NCBI RefSeq assembly: GCF_018350175.1
Contig: NC_058368.1
Location: 229,650,001 to 229,714,000, forward strand
DNA from: Felis catus
Lineage: Eukaryota
Length of the DNA stretch: 64,000 nucleotides
Direction: 5' to 3'
Below the pieces are notes generated by a model. It was not told the origin of the DNA. It searched no databases and saw nothing but the letters and a program-made list of their open reading frames with translations. The position numbers and the translations under genes were made by a program. Shown here in pieces: positions 24,790 through 36,654 of the stretch; within the stretch, counting starts at the first letter, position 1, and each line of letters opens with the position of its first letter.

Positions 24790-26690
24790 TCATAAAATAC
24801 GACACAGTTGAGATCATATATAGACATCATATAAATAAATATAAAAGGGGTTAATTCATCTATTAAAAGAAAAAAATGTTCAATTTTGCTTAAAAAGGAA
24901 GACCCAACTATGCATGCTATATGCAAGAGACACACCTAAAACAAAATAGTTTAGAAGGAGGTACAAAAGACCATTATCTTACTCAACAGGGAAACAGAAG
25001 AGGCACTTCCACTAAGTTCAAAACCAAGGCAAGAGTGCTCATTATCGCTACTACTATTCGACAGTTTGCTGAAGATATTAACCATCACAGACAAGAGAAA
25101 TCTATTAGAAGCATAAGAATCAACAATAGAGAAATAAAACTACTTCTCTTTACTGTTTTAGAGTTAAAACTCAAGAGAAGACAACTCTAGAGAAGAAAAG
25201 ATCAAACTAAATAAAAAAGAAGTTAATAAGGTAACAGTTTAGAAAAGTTAACATAATAGAAACCGCTAGAATTCATAGGTACAAAAATAAATGGTTAGGA
25301 GATGTAAGAGTAGAGTTAACCCCATTTACAAAATCAAAAAGGAATATCAAAGTTAAGAAGAAATGTGCAAAATATACACAGTAAAACCTTGGATTGCAAG
25401 TAACTTGTTCTGCAACTGTCCCACAAGATAAGCAAACATTTCTAGTCAATTTTAACTTGATAAACGAGCAATGTCTTGCAATATGACTCATACGTGATGC
25501 CAAACATCACACGATCACAACTGACCCAAAGGTTCTTCTCACGCACGCATGCACGCGCATGCGCGTGCTGTGGGGTTGTGGATGATCACCTCCCATGCTT
25601 GGGTGCTCAGTCTCAGGCTGCAGTATTGGGCAGAAAGCAGTGATTTCTCAGAACATTGGAAGCTGTCCACCACTGGCTCTAGTGTACTTTTTGCCACTTC
25701 CAAGCACCTATGGGCAGTCCTTTGCTTTTCCATACGAGAGTAAGCTCAGGAACGCTTTGCTTCATTCTAGGTCAGGCTGCCTGCTGCCTACATATATGGG
25801 CCCTGTCCTCTGCTGCCTTATTGGCAGCAGGGCGTATGACGAGGGTTTATTAATACTGTACCATAGTCAACGTCCATCTGTGGGAGCCTCTACAATGGCC
25901 CCCATGCAGAAAAGGAAACCATGGACAAGTACGAACGAGTATATGAGTGGCTGAATTGCAAGATTTTATAAGAAGTCTAACATCTGCATTGCCTCTGCAG
26001 AGGAGGAGGAGAAGAAGGCAGAGGAACCCCTTACTTTAAATGAAATGAGGGAGCTGTGTAAAACGTAGGAAACAGCGTAAAATTTTGCAGAAAAGCACCA
26101 CCTGAATAAGGCTAAGTTGGTGCGAGTGATGAATCTGTTTAACGAAAATGGAATGTCACATTTCCGCGAAATCCTCAAGAGGAGGTCAAAGTGTCATTGG
26201 AAAGGTTCTTTGTTAAAGTTGCACAAAAAGAAAAAGATTCCACTGAGCCAAGAGAAAGCAGTGATTCCGTTAGTGATAGTGAAAGTCGTCCTACACAGTA
26301 GCCCTCCTCTCTTGTCTCTCACACCAGCCGTGAAGGTTTTCAAAGGTAAGTGCAGGTTAAGTTGTTGATTTTTCTTTATATTTTCTATTTTCTTTATTAT
26401 TTTGTACTATATTACAGTATTATAATCATTTTTATATGAATATTTTTGGGTTGTGGAGTGAATCATCTGAGTTTCCATTATTTTTCATGGAGAAATTTGC
26501 TTTGATATACAAGTGCTTTGGATTACAAGCATGTTTCCTGAACAAATTATGCTCACAAAGCAAGTTTTCGTGTGTAAGGAAAACTCTGACATATATGAAC
26601 AAGCATAAAAGTTGATTTTAGAAAAGTGTGGGTAGCTCTTGGATTGGATGTTTCAACATAATAAAGGTGTTAGTATTTTCTACGTTTCAC
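24790..26690 (+). mobile_element. Old L1 ORF2 remnants (host of the Tigger insertion)
   Basis: DPT.CYMQETHLK endonuclease-like text at ~24900; REIKLLLF; ...SWIG.FNIIK-like text after 26576. Confidence 0.7.
25379..26574 (+). mobile_element. TcMar-Tigger-like DNA transposon, internally deleted, with transposase C-terminal remnant
   Basis: 5' terminus cagtaaaaccttggattgc; degenerate inverted terminus near 26551-26574 followed by TA; 26000-26220 reads EEEEKKAEEPLTLNEMRELCK...KHHLNKAKLVRVMNLFNENGMSHFREILKRR. Confidence 0.8.
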
Positions 26691-26720
26691 ACAGTTCTGA
26701 TGAACCTACTGCCATTTGAC

Positions 26721-26905
26721 GGGGCGCCTGACTGGGTCAGTCAGTGGTGCATGTGACTCTTGATCTAGGGTTGTGAGTTTGAGCCCCACATTGGGTATAG
26801 AAATTACTTAAAAATAATTTACATGTATTAATTTAATTAAATTTAATTAATTAATTTAATTATTTTAATCTAATTAATCTTTAATTAATTTTAATTTATC
26901 TCTTT
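26721..26905 (+). mobile_element. Short Can-SINE with TTAA-rich low-complexity tail
   Basis: ggggcgcctgactggg...gagtttgagccccaca; TSD-like tactg(c/t)ca(t/c)ttgac. Confidence 0.85.
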
Positions 26906-27383
26906 AAAAAATACTGTCACTTGACAAATAATTATTACAGGCAACAGCGGATGCTAACATTAGGAAGAGCTCAAGTATTAGGAGAGTCACGATATTTACA
27001 TAGCCTCAAAGTATTGCCTCACAGATCTTCACTAATTAGAAAGAGAAAACAATTTTGTTACGGTGGTGAACTTGATAGACACCACCAGCTGATAAAAGGT
27101 AATCAGTAATAAGACAGTGACATCGTGTTCTCCCTATATCATACCCTGAAAGGGTACACATCACTCTGTGGCATTCATGTCACAATGCATAATCTGGACT
27201 TAATTACAAAAAGATTCAGATGACTAGGAATTTAGAGACATCCTACAATGAACCAATACTCTACAAACATGTCAGAATGGAGAAAGACAAAAAAAACAAA
27301 AGAATAGTTGACTTTGAGAGACTCTAAGGAGACAGGACCAGGAAGTTCAAGGCAGGATCCACGATAAGAATCTGGACCAGTAA

Positions 27384-27850
27384 GGGGCACCTGGGTGGCT
27401 CAGTCAGTTAAGCGTCCGACTTCAACACAGGTCATGATCTCAGTCCGTGGGTTCGAGACTTTTGTTGGGCTCTGTGCTGACAGCTCGGAGCCCGGAGCTG
27501 CTTGGGATTCTGTGTCTCCCTCTCTCTCTGCCCTTCCCCCACTCATGCTCTGTCTCTCTCTGTCTCTCTCCTTCAGAAATAAAAAACATTGGGGCGCCTG
27601 GGTGGTGCAGTCTTTTAAGCGTCCAACTTCAGCCAGGTCACGATCTCACGGTCCGTGAGTTCGAGCCCTGCGTCAGGCTCTGGGCTGATGGCTCAGAGCC
27701 TGGAGCCTGTTTCCGATTCTGTGTCTCCCTCTCTCTCTGCCCCGTTCATGCTCTGTCTCTCTCTGTCCCAAAAATAAATAAAAACGTTGAAAAAAAATTT
27801 AAAAAAAAAAGAAATAAAAAACATTAAAAGAAAAAAAGAAAAAAAAAAAA
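27384..27850 (+). mobile_element. Older SINEC_Fc (host)
   Basis: Imperfect 18-bp TSD aagaatctggaccagtaa / aagaacctggactagtga. Confidence 0.92.
27591..27809 (+). mobile_element. Younger SINEC_Fc nested in the host SINE tail
   Basis: Perfect 16-bp TSD agaaataaaaaacatt at 27575-27590 and 27810-27825. Confidence 0.96.
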
Positions 27851-30800
27851 AAGAACCTGGACTAGTGAATGGATGTAAGCGGATCAATGGTTCAAATTTA
27901 AATAAAGTCTACAGATGAACTAGAAGCACTAGTGTGAGTGTTAATGTCCCAGTTTTAGTAATTGTACAAAGGTCAGGTAAGGTTTTAACATTTGGGAAAT
28001 TGTCACATTTGGGAAATTTTAACATTTGGGAAAACTGGGCAAAGGGTATAGGGAAAGTCTTTATAACTTTTTTGTAAGTGTGAAATTATTTCAAAATAAA
28101 GTTTGAAAATGGCCTTATTTCGAAAAAAAATGCACGATGAGGCTACAACAAATACATTTGGAGCTGGAGTAAGGAGTAAGCAGAACAATGAAATGGATAC
28201 AAACTTAAACACCAACGGAAATTGAGAATGAGGAGAATGCTATTCAAATCAGTGGGGCAATGATTATTTCATGTGTTTAGAAAATGCACTTGCTGTTTAG
28301 AAAGGACAAAAAAAGATTGGTTACTGCAGGATTTAAACATACAAAATTAAGTATAATTACAAAAACTATTCAAAAATGTGAAGCGGAGGGCCTTTCAGAG
28401 CAGGACAGAAAATTAAACACAAAACCAGCAAATATGGAAAAAAATAAGAAGAAATGAAAGACTACAAGAAAAAAAATATATTAGCAGCCCGATAGGAGAT
28501 AAAAACATGACGACAGGCTATGCATAGGTAGATCATAGAAGAATTCAATGGCAAATCAATTCACGAAATGAGGTCCAAATTCACTCAGAGTTAATAAATG
28601 AAAATAGTATCAAGACACTGCTTTTAGGAATCGAACAGGCCAAGATTAAAAAAAGATGATAAATCACAGCATGTTTGAGGTGCTGGCATCCCTCGTATGG
28701 CTGATTAATTTGTCAACGGGGTGACCATTTTGGAGGACAATTTAACATCATCTAGCAGAATTTTAACAGCACATACTCTTTCTTTCAACAATTTCCCTGC
28801 CAGGAACTTACTTGTCCACTCTCAACAGTAACCCTATGGGTGTTTATTTCCTGAGAGCAGAAATTCTGAGCAGACGGATTCTGTTTATTCCCTGCCAAGG
28901 TCCTAGAAGAGCCTGGCACGTCCTTTTGATGAATGAATGAATCAGTCAATTGTAGCATTTGCTTGTCTAGCAAAAGCTAACAACAATTGTTGAATAAATC
29001 ATCTATGATACTTCGTATAACATCATGCAGAGGTTTCCTTTTATACTTTAATGAGAAAGATCTGTATGGCTGATCTCCTGGATCTTCAAGTTAAAGGCAG
29101 AGAAGTTTATTAAGTATTTATTGAAAAAGCTTTACTCAATAGTGTGCCATCAATAACATTTTCTTCTTCTTATTGTTCCTTCAACTTATAATGTAGGCTG
29201 TCTTCTCCAATCTTTGATTAAAAACTCAAACAGGTCTTCATAACTACTCCACTCACAGATAATGAAAAGGCCCCGGGTCATTTGCAGACAAACCTCACTG
29301 TTGTTTCTGAGTTAAAATCCCCACTCCAAAGTCCTACGGAGCCAATTCCCCAATTTTTCCTTTTGCAGTTCTGTCTCTCTTCTGTCTGCAGTTGGATGGG
29401 AGAGATGTGGCCCACGGGAAGAGCCAACACCATTCCCCTCGCCAGAACTGCAAAGCTGCCCATTTTCCTTTCCTCCTCGGTCCCCTACAGGGCCAGTGCC
29501 TTCTTTGCAGGAGCGGCCAGAAAGGAAAGAGGAGGGGTGAGGGGCGAGGGGCAGAGGCAGGTACACGCCCAGGCAGTGCCTGAACAGGGCAGATGCCCCT
29601 TCTCTCTTGTCTTCTTGGAGGCTCTCTTGTGCTGGCCCGGACAAGGTCAGGACCAGCTCTGCTCGCACTCTCCTCCTGCCCAGGCAGTGGGTCCACCCCT
29701 GGGAAAGCACTTCTCCTGAAACTTCTTCCATTCCCCACCCCCACTTGGGCGTCAATTACTTGCTCCTGTTTGTCAGAGAAAAGAGACTAATGAGCCCTCT
29801 CATTGAATTCAATCTTCATATCCAGGTAAAGCACAAGGAATGAAGAAATGTATTTGGGGCATTTCAAACCATCTGACATTAAAAGTGTGATAGAAGACAC
29901 GCCGTGTGCTGCTGAAAGGAAGTCTTATTTAGATAACTTCCTTTTAAGCTATTTTTCTTCTTTCAGGCTCAGTCAGGTTAAAACAATTGTTAAATATGTG
30001 TGTTTAGACAGGGTTGTAATAGAAGCATTTGATGCAAAAATCCATACAATAATTTAAAAAACTGGAGAAACGCTGTACTTTAGCTATCTATTGACATTAA
30101 TTCTAAAATACAGGTTTTGCTTTTTAAATTAATAATGATAAGCACCATGCTTTACATAGCTTTATATTCTTATATATGGTATTTTGATGAGGGTTTTATA
30201 AAAATAAACACAAGCACATTTTATAATGCCAAACATTGAAATCTGAAACTGTGTCTAGTGGATATAGCTACAGACAGAAGTGTGGGATGGTATATGTTAA
30301 AAAAAAAAACTATTTTCAGCAATGCTGCAATAACAAACAAAAAAATAGGTCTGAAACTATTCCTTCTTCTGGAGGATCTCAGCCTAGACTTCACTCTGAA
30401 GACTGCTTACGTCCACCTGGGATGAATGTGTAAGACCCTGTAGAACTTTAAAATTTACTTGCATTTACGTTTTTCTTTCATTCATAAAATAGTCTTAAAA
30501 CTAAGGGACAGATTCAATTCATTAATAAAAGGATTCATTGAATTTAATAGTATAAAAATACATAGATACTAAAAATAAAATACTTAGCAAAGGAGTCAAA
30601 ACAGAAAGCAAAATTAAACAATTTACAGGTATTTTTAAAATTCACTTATAAAATTATTTCTTTAACTTCCAAAATGTATGCAATGAGTATCTATTACTTT
30701 GTTCTAAGGATAATATTGTTTCCAAGATTTATTTGGTAGCTAATATATAAGGAATAATGAAGTGGCACAAGACGGATACCCATGCACCTCAAAGAAAAAT

Positions 30801-30869
30801 ATTACTAGGTAAAAACAGAAAATTCATTGCAAAGTACTTTTCTCATATTATGTTGATTTCAAACTAGCT

Positions 30870-30968
30870 TTTAATTTTTTTAAGCAATCTCTGCACCCAA
30901 AGTGGGGCTCGAATTTACAACTCCGAAATCAAGTCACATGTCTACCAACTGCGTCAGCCAGATGCCCC
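30870..30968 (-). mobile_element. Short Can-SINE
   Basis: gtggggctcgaatttacaac...cagccagatgcccc. Confidence 0.8.
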
Positions 30969-31014
30969 TAAAGCTAGGTTTTCATTTTAATAGACTCTAG
31001 TGTTCTAGGATAAC

Positions 31015-31459
31015 TTTTTTTTTAACATTTTTATTTATTTTTGAGAGACAGAGAGAGACAGAACATGAGCAGGGGAGGGGCAGAGAGAGAGTGAGACACA
31101 GAATCCGAAGCAGGCTCCAGGCTCTGAGCTGTCAGCACAGAGCCCAACATGGGGTTCGAACCCACAGACTGCGAGATCATGACCTGAGCTGAAGTCAGAT
31201 GCTCCATCAACTGAGCCACCCAGGCGTCCCTTTTAAAAAAAAATTTTTTTTTAATGTTTATTTATTTCTGACAGAGAGAGAGAGAGAGACAGAGCCTGAG
31301 CTGGGGAGGGGCAGAGAGAGGGAGACACAGAATCCCAAGCAGGCTCCAGACTCTGAGCCATCAGCACAGAGCCCAACATCGGGCTCAAACCCACAAACCA
31401 GGAGATCATGACCTGAGCCAAAGTCAGACGCTCAACCAACTGAGCCACCCAGGTGCTCC
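31015..31459 (-). mobile_element. Tandem pair of SINEC_Fc (31015-31230, 31231-31459)
   Basis: Two full bodies head-to-tail; outer TSD-like aatag(a/g)ctctagt(g/a)ttcta. Confidence 0.93.
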
Positions 31460-31635
31460 AATAGGCTCTAGTATTCTAATGTGAAATGTGCCTCTTACAT
31501 AAATGTAATGTAGAGCTCCTATTTCTAGCAATGTGTCTGTCAGGTGGCATATCCAGAAAATCCTGTCCCCAAACACTGGATGTATTCAAACATGATTTTA
31601 ACAGCAGAGCAAAGGAAGTAGAAGAAGTTATCATG

Positions 31636-31880
31636 GAACGCCTGGGTGGTTCAGTCGGTTAAGTATCTGACTTCTGCTCAGGTCATGATCTCGCGGTTCA
31701 TGAGTTCGAGCCCTGCGTCAGGCTCTGTGCTGACAGTTCAGAGCCTGGAGTCTGCTGGATTCTGTGTCTCCCTCTCTCTCTCTCTCTCTCTCTGTCCTTT
31801 CCCTGCTCATGATCTGTCTCTCTCTCTGTCTCTCTCTCTCTCTCTTTCTCTCTCTCAAAAATAAACATTAAAAAAAATAA
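31636..31880 (+). mobile_element. SINEC_Fc
   Basis: Head, long CT tracts, AATAAA tail. Confidence 0.94.
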
Positions 31881-31896
31881 AGGCCCATTGTTCTTT

Positions 31897-31898
<2 letters not shown>

Positions 31899-31950
<52 letters not shown>
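31899..31950. repeat. (GAAA)13 microsatellite
   Basis: Perfect tetranucleotide run. Confidence 0.97.
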
Positions 31951-31951
<1 letters not shown>

Positions 31952-32624
31952 GGAGAGAAAGGAACTATCATGTGCCAAAAATGCATAGGAATTAGAAACA
32001 AGTGGAAACTTGAGGGTGATATTACTGCAGCCATTCTGTGACATCATAATTAACAGTCTAGAACTCAGGAACTCAGTTTCTCCAGAATGTAGGTAACATA
32101 TTTTTGGACATCCAAAATGAGGGCTTGGAACTGGAACCCCACAAAAATTGGTCTCTTTAAGAACTGTACCCTCAGTGAAAGGATAGGTTGTAGAAAGAAA
32201 AAAAAGTCAACCTTCCAGAAAGGGAGATAAGACATTTTTTTCCCTAGGGAGAAAAACAAAATAGAGTCTTCTTTGAGACTTCCTTGCCATATGCACTCTC
32301 TCACATCAATTTCAACACCTGATGCAGGTTGCAACACCCCTGGGGCTTAAAGAGCCAAACATTCCTCCTGGAGAAACATATTCAAACGTGGCCATAAGGG
32401 ATTCCCATTGATAAAACTTCACTGAACACAAGATCACAACAACAACAACAAATTATAAAAGCAAAATTCAATAAGCCATTAAGGAGGATCAGTAGAAACA
32501 ATAAAGAAGAGAATCAGATATGCCCCTACCAACACTTCAGATGAAGTTTTGAGTTTCACATCTGGAGTATATATGGAAAATGCTTTCAAAAATAAAAATG
32601 AAAATGTTTAAAAGTTACTATCTT

Positions 32625-32845
32625 GGGCACTGGGTGGCTCAGTCTGTTAAGTGTCTGACTCTTGATTTCAGCTCAGGTCATGATCTCATGGTTCATGAGT
32701 TTGAGCCCCATGTCAGGCTCTGTGCTGATAGCGTGGAGCCTGCTTGGGATTCTCTGTCTCCCTCTCTCCCTGCCCCAGCCCTGCTCTCTCTTTCTCTCTC
32801 TCTGTCTCTCTCTCTCTCAAAAATAAATAAATAAGCATTAAAAAA
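32625..32845 (+). mobile_element. Can-SINE
   Basis: Head, CT tract, AATAAA tail. Confidence 0.93.
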
Positions 32846-32879
32846 TATTATCTTAATGGAGTTGTGAAAAATTGAGCAA

Positions 32880-33740
32880 ATGTTTGCTATGACATGTAAG
32901 TCATTCCAGCATCAACTCAAAGGATGAGAGTCCAAAGTCTTGTCTGATTATCATCAAAGGTAGGGATGCCTTGGTTCAGTCCATAGGGTGTGTGATTCTT
33001 GATCTTAGGGTTGTAAGTTCAAGGCCAACCTTGGGCATGGAGCCTACTTAAAAGTAAACAAACAAACAAATAAATAACTATCATCTGAATCAGGCATGGG
33101 TGAGACCCCACGTATTATTCATCCTGAGGCCAAACTACTATCTAGCTGCGAACCTATGAAAACAGACAAGTTATGTGCTTCCAAAACACCATGGTGGGAA
33201 TGTCTATTCCACTCCATTCCAAAATTCCCACTCCAAAAGAGAGATGGAGGAAAGAAGGAAGGCGCTGTGGATACTAAGCAAGTCCAAAATCTACCAAGGC
33301 AATCTCCATTAGATCTTAAGTCTCCAGAATAAACCTCACTGGTTCAGGGCTGTGCCTCCTGGGGTACAGCCACTACCCCCGGACTCTACACAGGCTCAGC
33401 AAGGTGCCTCCCCGTGTCTCTCAGTGAGGACCTTGCCACTGAGGCAAGCCCAAAACCAGAGAGGCTTTGAAACCAAGGAGGAACCAGCCCTCCCCACGCC
33501 TGAGTGTCCGCAAACCAACTTTAGGTACTACTCTTCATTCTCTGGAGGAGTACTGGGTTTCACAACCAAGTAGATACGTCCCGTCTCGTAGAATCCAAGG
33601 AGTCCAACAGCCTGCCTTCATTGGGTCCCACTTGCTCTGACCCTTTAATTCAAAGGGCCCTTGTCTCTGCTCCCATAATCTCCCCTCTATTTCTGGTTTC
33701 TGCTACCACAACGCTGAAAGTACCCATTATCAGCACTGCT
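32880..33740. mobile_element. MaLR internal fragment, with a short SINE at ~32962-33075
   Basis: ggtgagac...attcatcctgaggc...acaagttatgtgcttccaaaacaccatggtggga resembles MLT1/MST-int. Confidence 0.6.
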
Positions 33741-34339
33741 GTTCAGGACTGCTCTTAAGATCCTAAGAAGTAAAAGTAGGGGGAAAAGGAAGTAGAAGTA
33801 GGACAAATGAATCTGGAGTAACAAATCATCCTTATTTGCAGATGCGTGACTATAAAACTGGACATAAAAATGCAAGAATTTCTAAAACTAATTAATAAGA
33901 TAATTGAGCAAAGTTGTTGTTTAAAAGATAAATATGCTAAAAGTAATAGCAGATTCATGACCTGGAAGAAAATTTAGAAAAGCATAAAAATAATTTAATT
34001 TTTTAGAACAAATATAAAAATAATTTTTAAATGCCACTTACCACAGCAATAAAATATAAAATAACTAGGAATAAACATAACAAAACGTTTGCATACATTT
34101 TATGAAGATAAGTCAGACATTTTAAAAGTACTAAATTGAAAGACTGCTGTCTGCATAGATTGGAATGCTAACATTTGTCAAGATATCAGCCAAACACAAA
34201 TCGTCTCATCATTATAATCAACTTCTAAAAAAAATAGGAGGATCTGGATATTTTTATGGCCTTTAGATAGGAAATGAGTTTTTAAAGAAGACACAGGCAA
34301 AATATAACAATAATAGTAAAATTAAAAACATCTTTGCCT

Positions 34340-34511
34340 AGGCACAGCTGGGTGGCTCAGTCGGTTAAGTGTCCTACTTGGGCTTAGGTCATAATCTCAC
34401 TGTTGGTGGGTTCGAGCCCTGCGTGCGCTGGGCTCTGTGCTGACAGCTCAGAGCCTGGAGCCTGCTTCAGATTCTGTGTCTCCCTCTCTCCCTCCACCTC
34501 CCCTGCTTGTG

Positions 34512-34543
<32 letters not shown>

Positions 34544-34575
34544 AAAAATGAATAAACGTTAAAAATTTTTTAAAA
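34340..34575 (+). mobile_element. SINEC_Fc
   Basis: Head, CT tract, tail. Confidence 0.93.
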
Positions 34576-34614
34576 AGATATTTACCTAAAAGACAGCCTT
34601 TAAAAATGTAAAAA

Positions 34615-35049
34615 CGTAGCCAGCACACGGGGTGCCAGGTCCTCCAAATAGACCAGGTTCGGCCACTCTCCGCTGACAAAATCCAAGGGCAGAGACACGG
34701 GAGGTGGTGGAACATGAAAGGAATTTATTTCCGAGAGGCTGACACCAACACCGGGAAGACAGGGGACTAGGGTCTCAAAGACCGTCTCCCAAGTGCTGAA
34801 ATTATTTGCAGGTTGTATAAGGAACATGTGGGGCGAAGGTGGGTGGGTACCCGCAGGCAGCCAGGGAAGGTCAAATCCATCATTAGGTTGGAGTCCGTCA
34901 CTGAGCGGGCCTGGCCAGCTCGGGTAGTTTTGGTTCCCAGCAGGGGATGCTTTGCCCTCAGGGTCTTCTGCCTGAGCTCTGAGACTAGCGGGAAGGAACC
35001 CAACTAGGAAGTTCGAGGTCAAAACGGAGGCAGCCAAAGTCCCCTTTCA
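34615..35049 (-). mobile_element. ERV1-type solo LTR, 435 bp
   Basis: Minus strand starts tgaaagggg and ends gctacg; AATAAA at 34724-34729; aaaa flanks on both sides; GC/CpG-rich against AT-rich L1 flanks. Confidence 0.85.
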
Positions 35050-36654
35050 AAAAGGGAACTTTCAGATGAAGATATTTGTAATGCTTACCTCAACAACAAC
35101 AAAAATTATTTCTCAAAATAATAAAGAGCTCCTAAAAATAAAACAGTAAACAATCAATCTAATAGAAAAAACAATAGACAAAATAGGTCATCAGGCAGTT
35201 CACAGAGAGGAAATCCAAATGACTGTTAAACATTTGGAAAAGTTCCGTAACCAAATCATAACTAGAGAAAATTATAATTTAATGCTAAAAAGATCAGCAA
35301 AGATCAAGTCCAAGATACCATGTGTTAGTGAGGATGTAAGTATTCAGATCTCTGTGTCCACTATTAGGAACTTATTTGGTAGGTGAGTTTTGAGGGCCAG
35401 TTTGACAGTATCTAGAAATTTCAAAATGCTCCTACACGTTAACTCGGTCACGTGATCAAGTGACATTTACAAATGCTCATAACAGCTTTGGTTGTCTTCG
35501 GAAAATACTAGAAACAGTATTAATGCTCATCAGCAGGTGAATAGGTAATAAAGTGTGATATATTCTTGCAAAATAATAACGTACACTATAAGTTAGTACA
35601 TTACAGCCACATGCACTCACGCTAATAAATACAATTTGAGAGGAAAGGAGGATCCAATGCAGAAAAATCCTTTATAAAGCTTTAAAATATGCAGAAAAAT
35701 AAATGTATATGTGAAATACTAACACTCAATCTAGGAACTGATTATCTGTAAGGAGACAGAAGACCTACACCTGTTCCTTAATGTTTAATTCTGAAATTGG
35801 ACCTGAATATATATAACTGCAATTCAACATAAGTAACGATAATGCAACCTACATAAAATTAAAATGTAACAGGCTTTTTCCACTTCCTTCTCAATATTTA
35901 GAATATATGGAGGAACTTAAACTTATTTGAAAGAGATAACCTTGCGTTGTCACTTTATCTTCAGATATAAAAATGAAACATTATAGAAGTTCACCAGAAT
36001 TATAATCATTATTATTATTTTCTTCTAATAGAAGGCATGACCTCTCATGTTTTTTCCACAGATTTGCAGTTATCAAAATAGGAAAGTGACTTCACTGTGA
36101 ATACTATTGAACATGACTGATATCAGGCTCTACTGTAGTTTCCTGGAAAGTAAATAAAATGCACGATGATTTTCACAATTGCAAAATGAGAATTATACAT
36201 TCCTGGAAGCCAATACATGATTATAAATTAAAGCCAATTTGATATGCAAAATAATATAATAAGGATTATTTTTATAAATTTATATTAACATGTATAAATT
36301 ATACAAATACTAATTATTTACACGCTGGCTAAATTTGCAGTTTAAAGTAACATGAGAGAAAACCTGGAAGATATTAATTAACTGACATAATATTTGACTG
36401 AAAGTCCACTTATGAATTTTCAACTATACATGGTAAATAGAAAGCTGTTGCTTTAAAAAAAAAAAAAAAAAAATGATGAAATGTATTCCTAGTTAGTGAT
36501 TCAGCAATACATTTGATAGTATGCAAATTAGTAAATCACTGACCTTATTTTGAAGTGTATACATGACATTTTCTTAGGTTAGTAGAGACAGAGATGAGAA
36601 TCGCCTTTCAGTATAGGTTGTTATAACTTGTTATGAATTTACTGTTACAGTCTA

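Larger units (their letters stand above)
26910..28110 (+). mobile_element. Old L1M 3' region interrupted by nested SINEs
   Basis: L1M 3'-type text (gtgttaatgtcccagttttag...ttttgtaagtgtgaaattatttcaaaataaagttt). Confidence 0.65.
33790..35800 (+). mobile_element. Old L1 ORF2/3' remnants interrupted by a SINE and a solo LTR
   Basis: SLFADA-like text (tccttatttgcagatg), ctaggaataaacataacaaaa, ggcagttcacagagaggaaatccaaatg. Confidence 0.65.

Noticed and set aside
26117..26368. TIGD-like domesticated transposase gene
   Set aside because: Only a disrupted C-terminal fragment inside a deleted element; no DNA-binding or DDE domain seen.
29282..29755. Overlapping 136-147 aa ORFs on both strands
   Set aside because: Open frames on both strands are expected from GC richness; no recognisable domain.
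34600..35037. 145-aa ORF
   Set aside because: It coincides with the solo LTR, starts at a non-ATG codon and has no protein resemblance.
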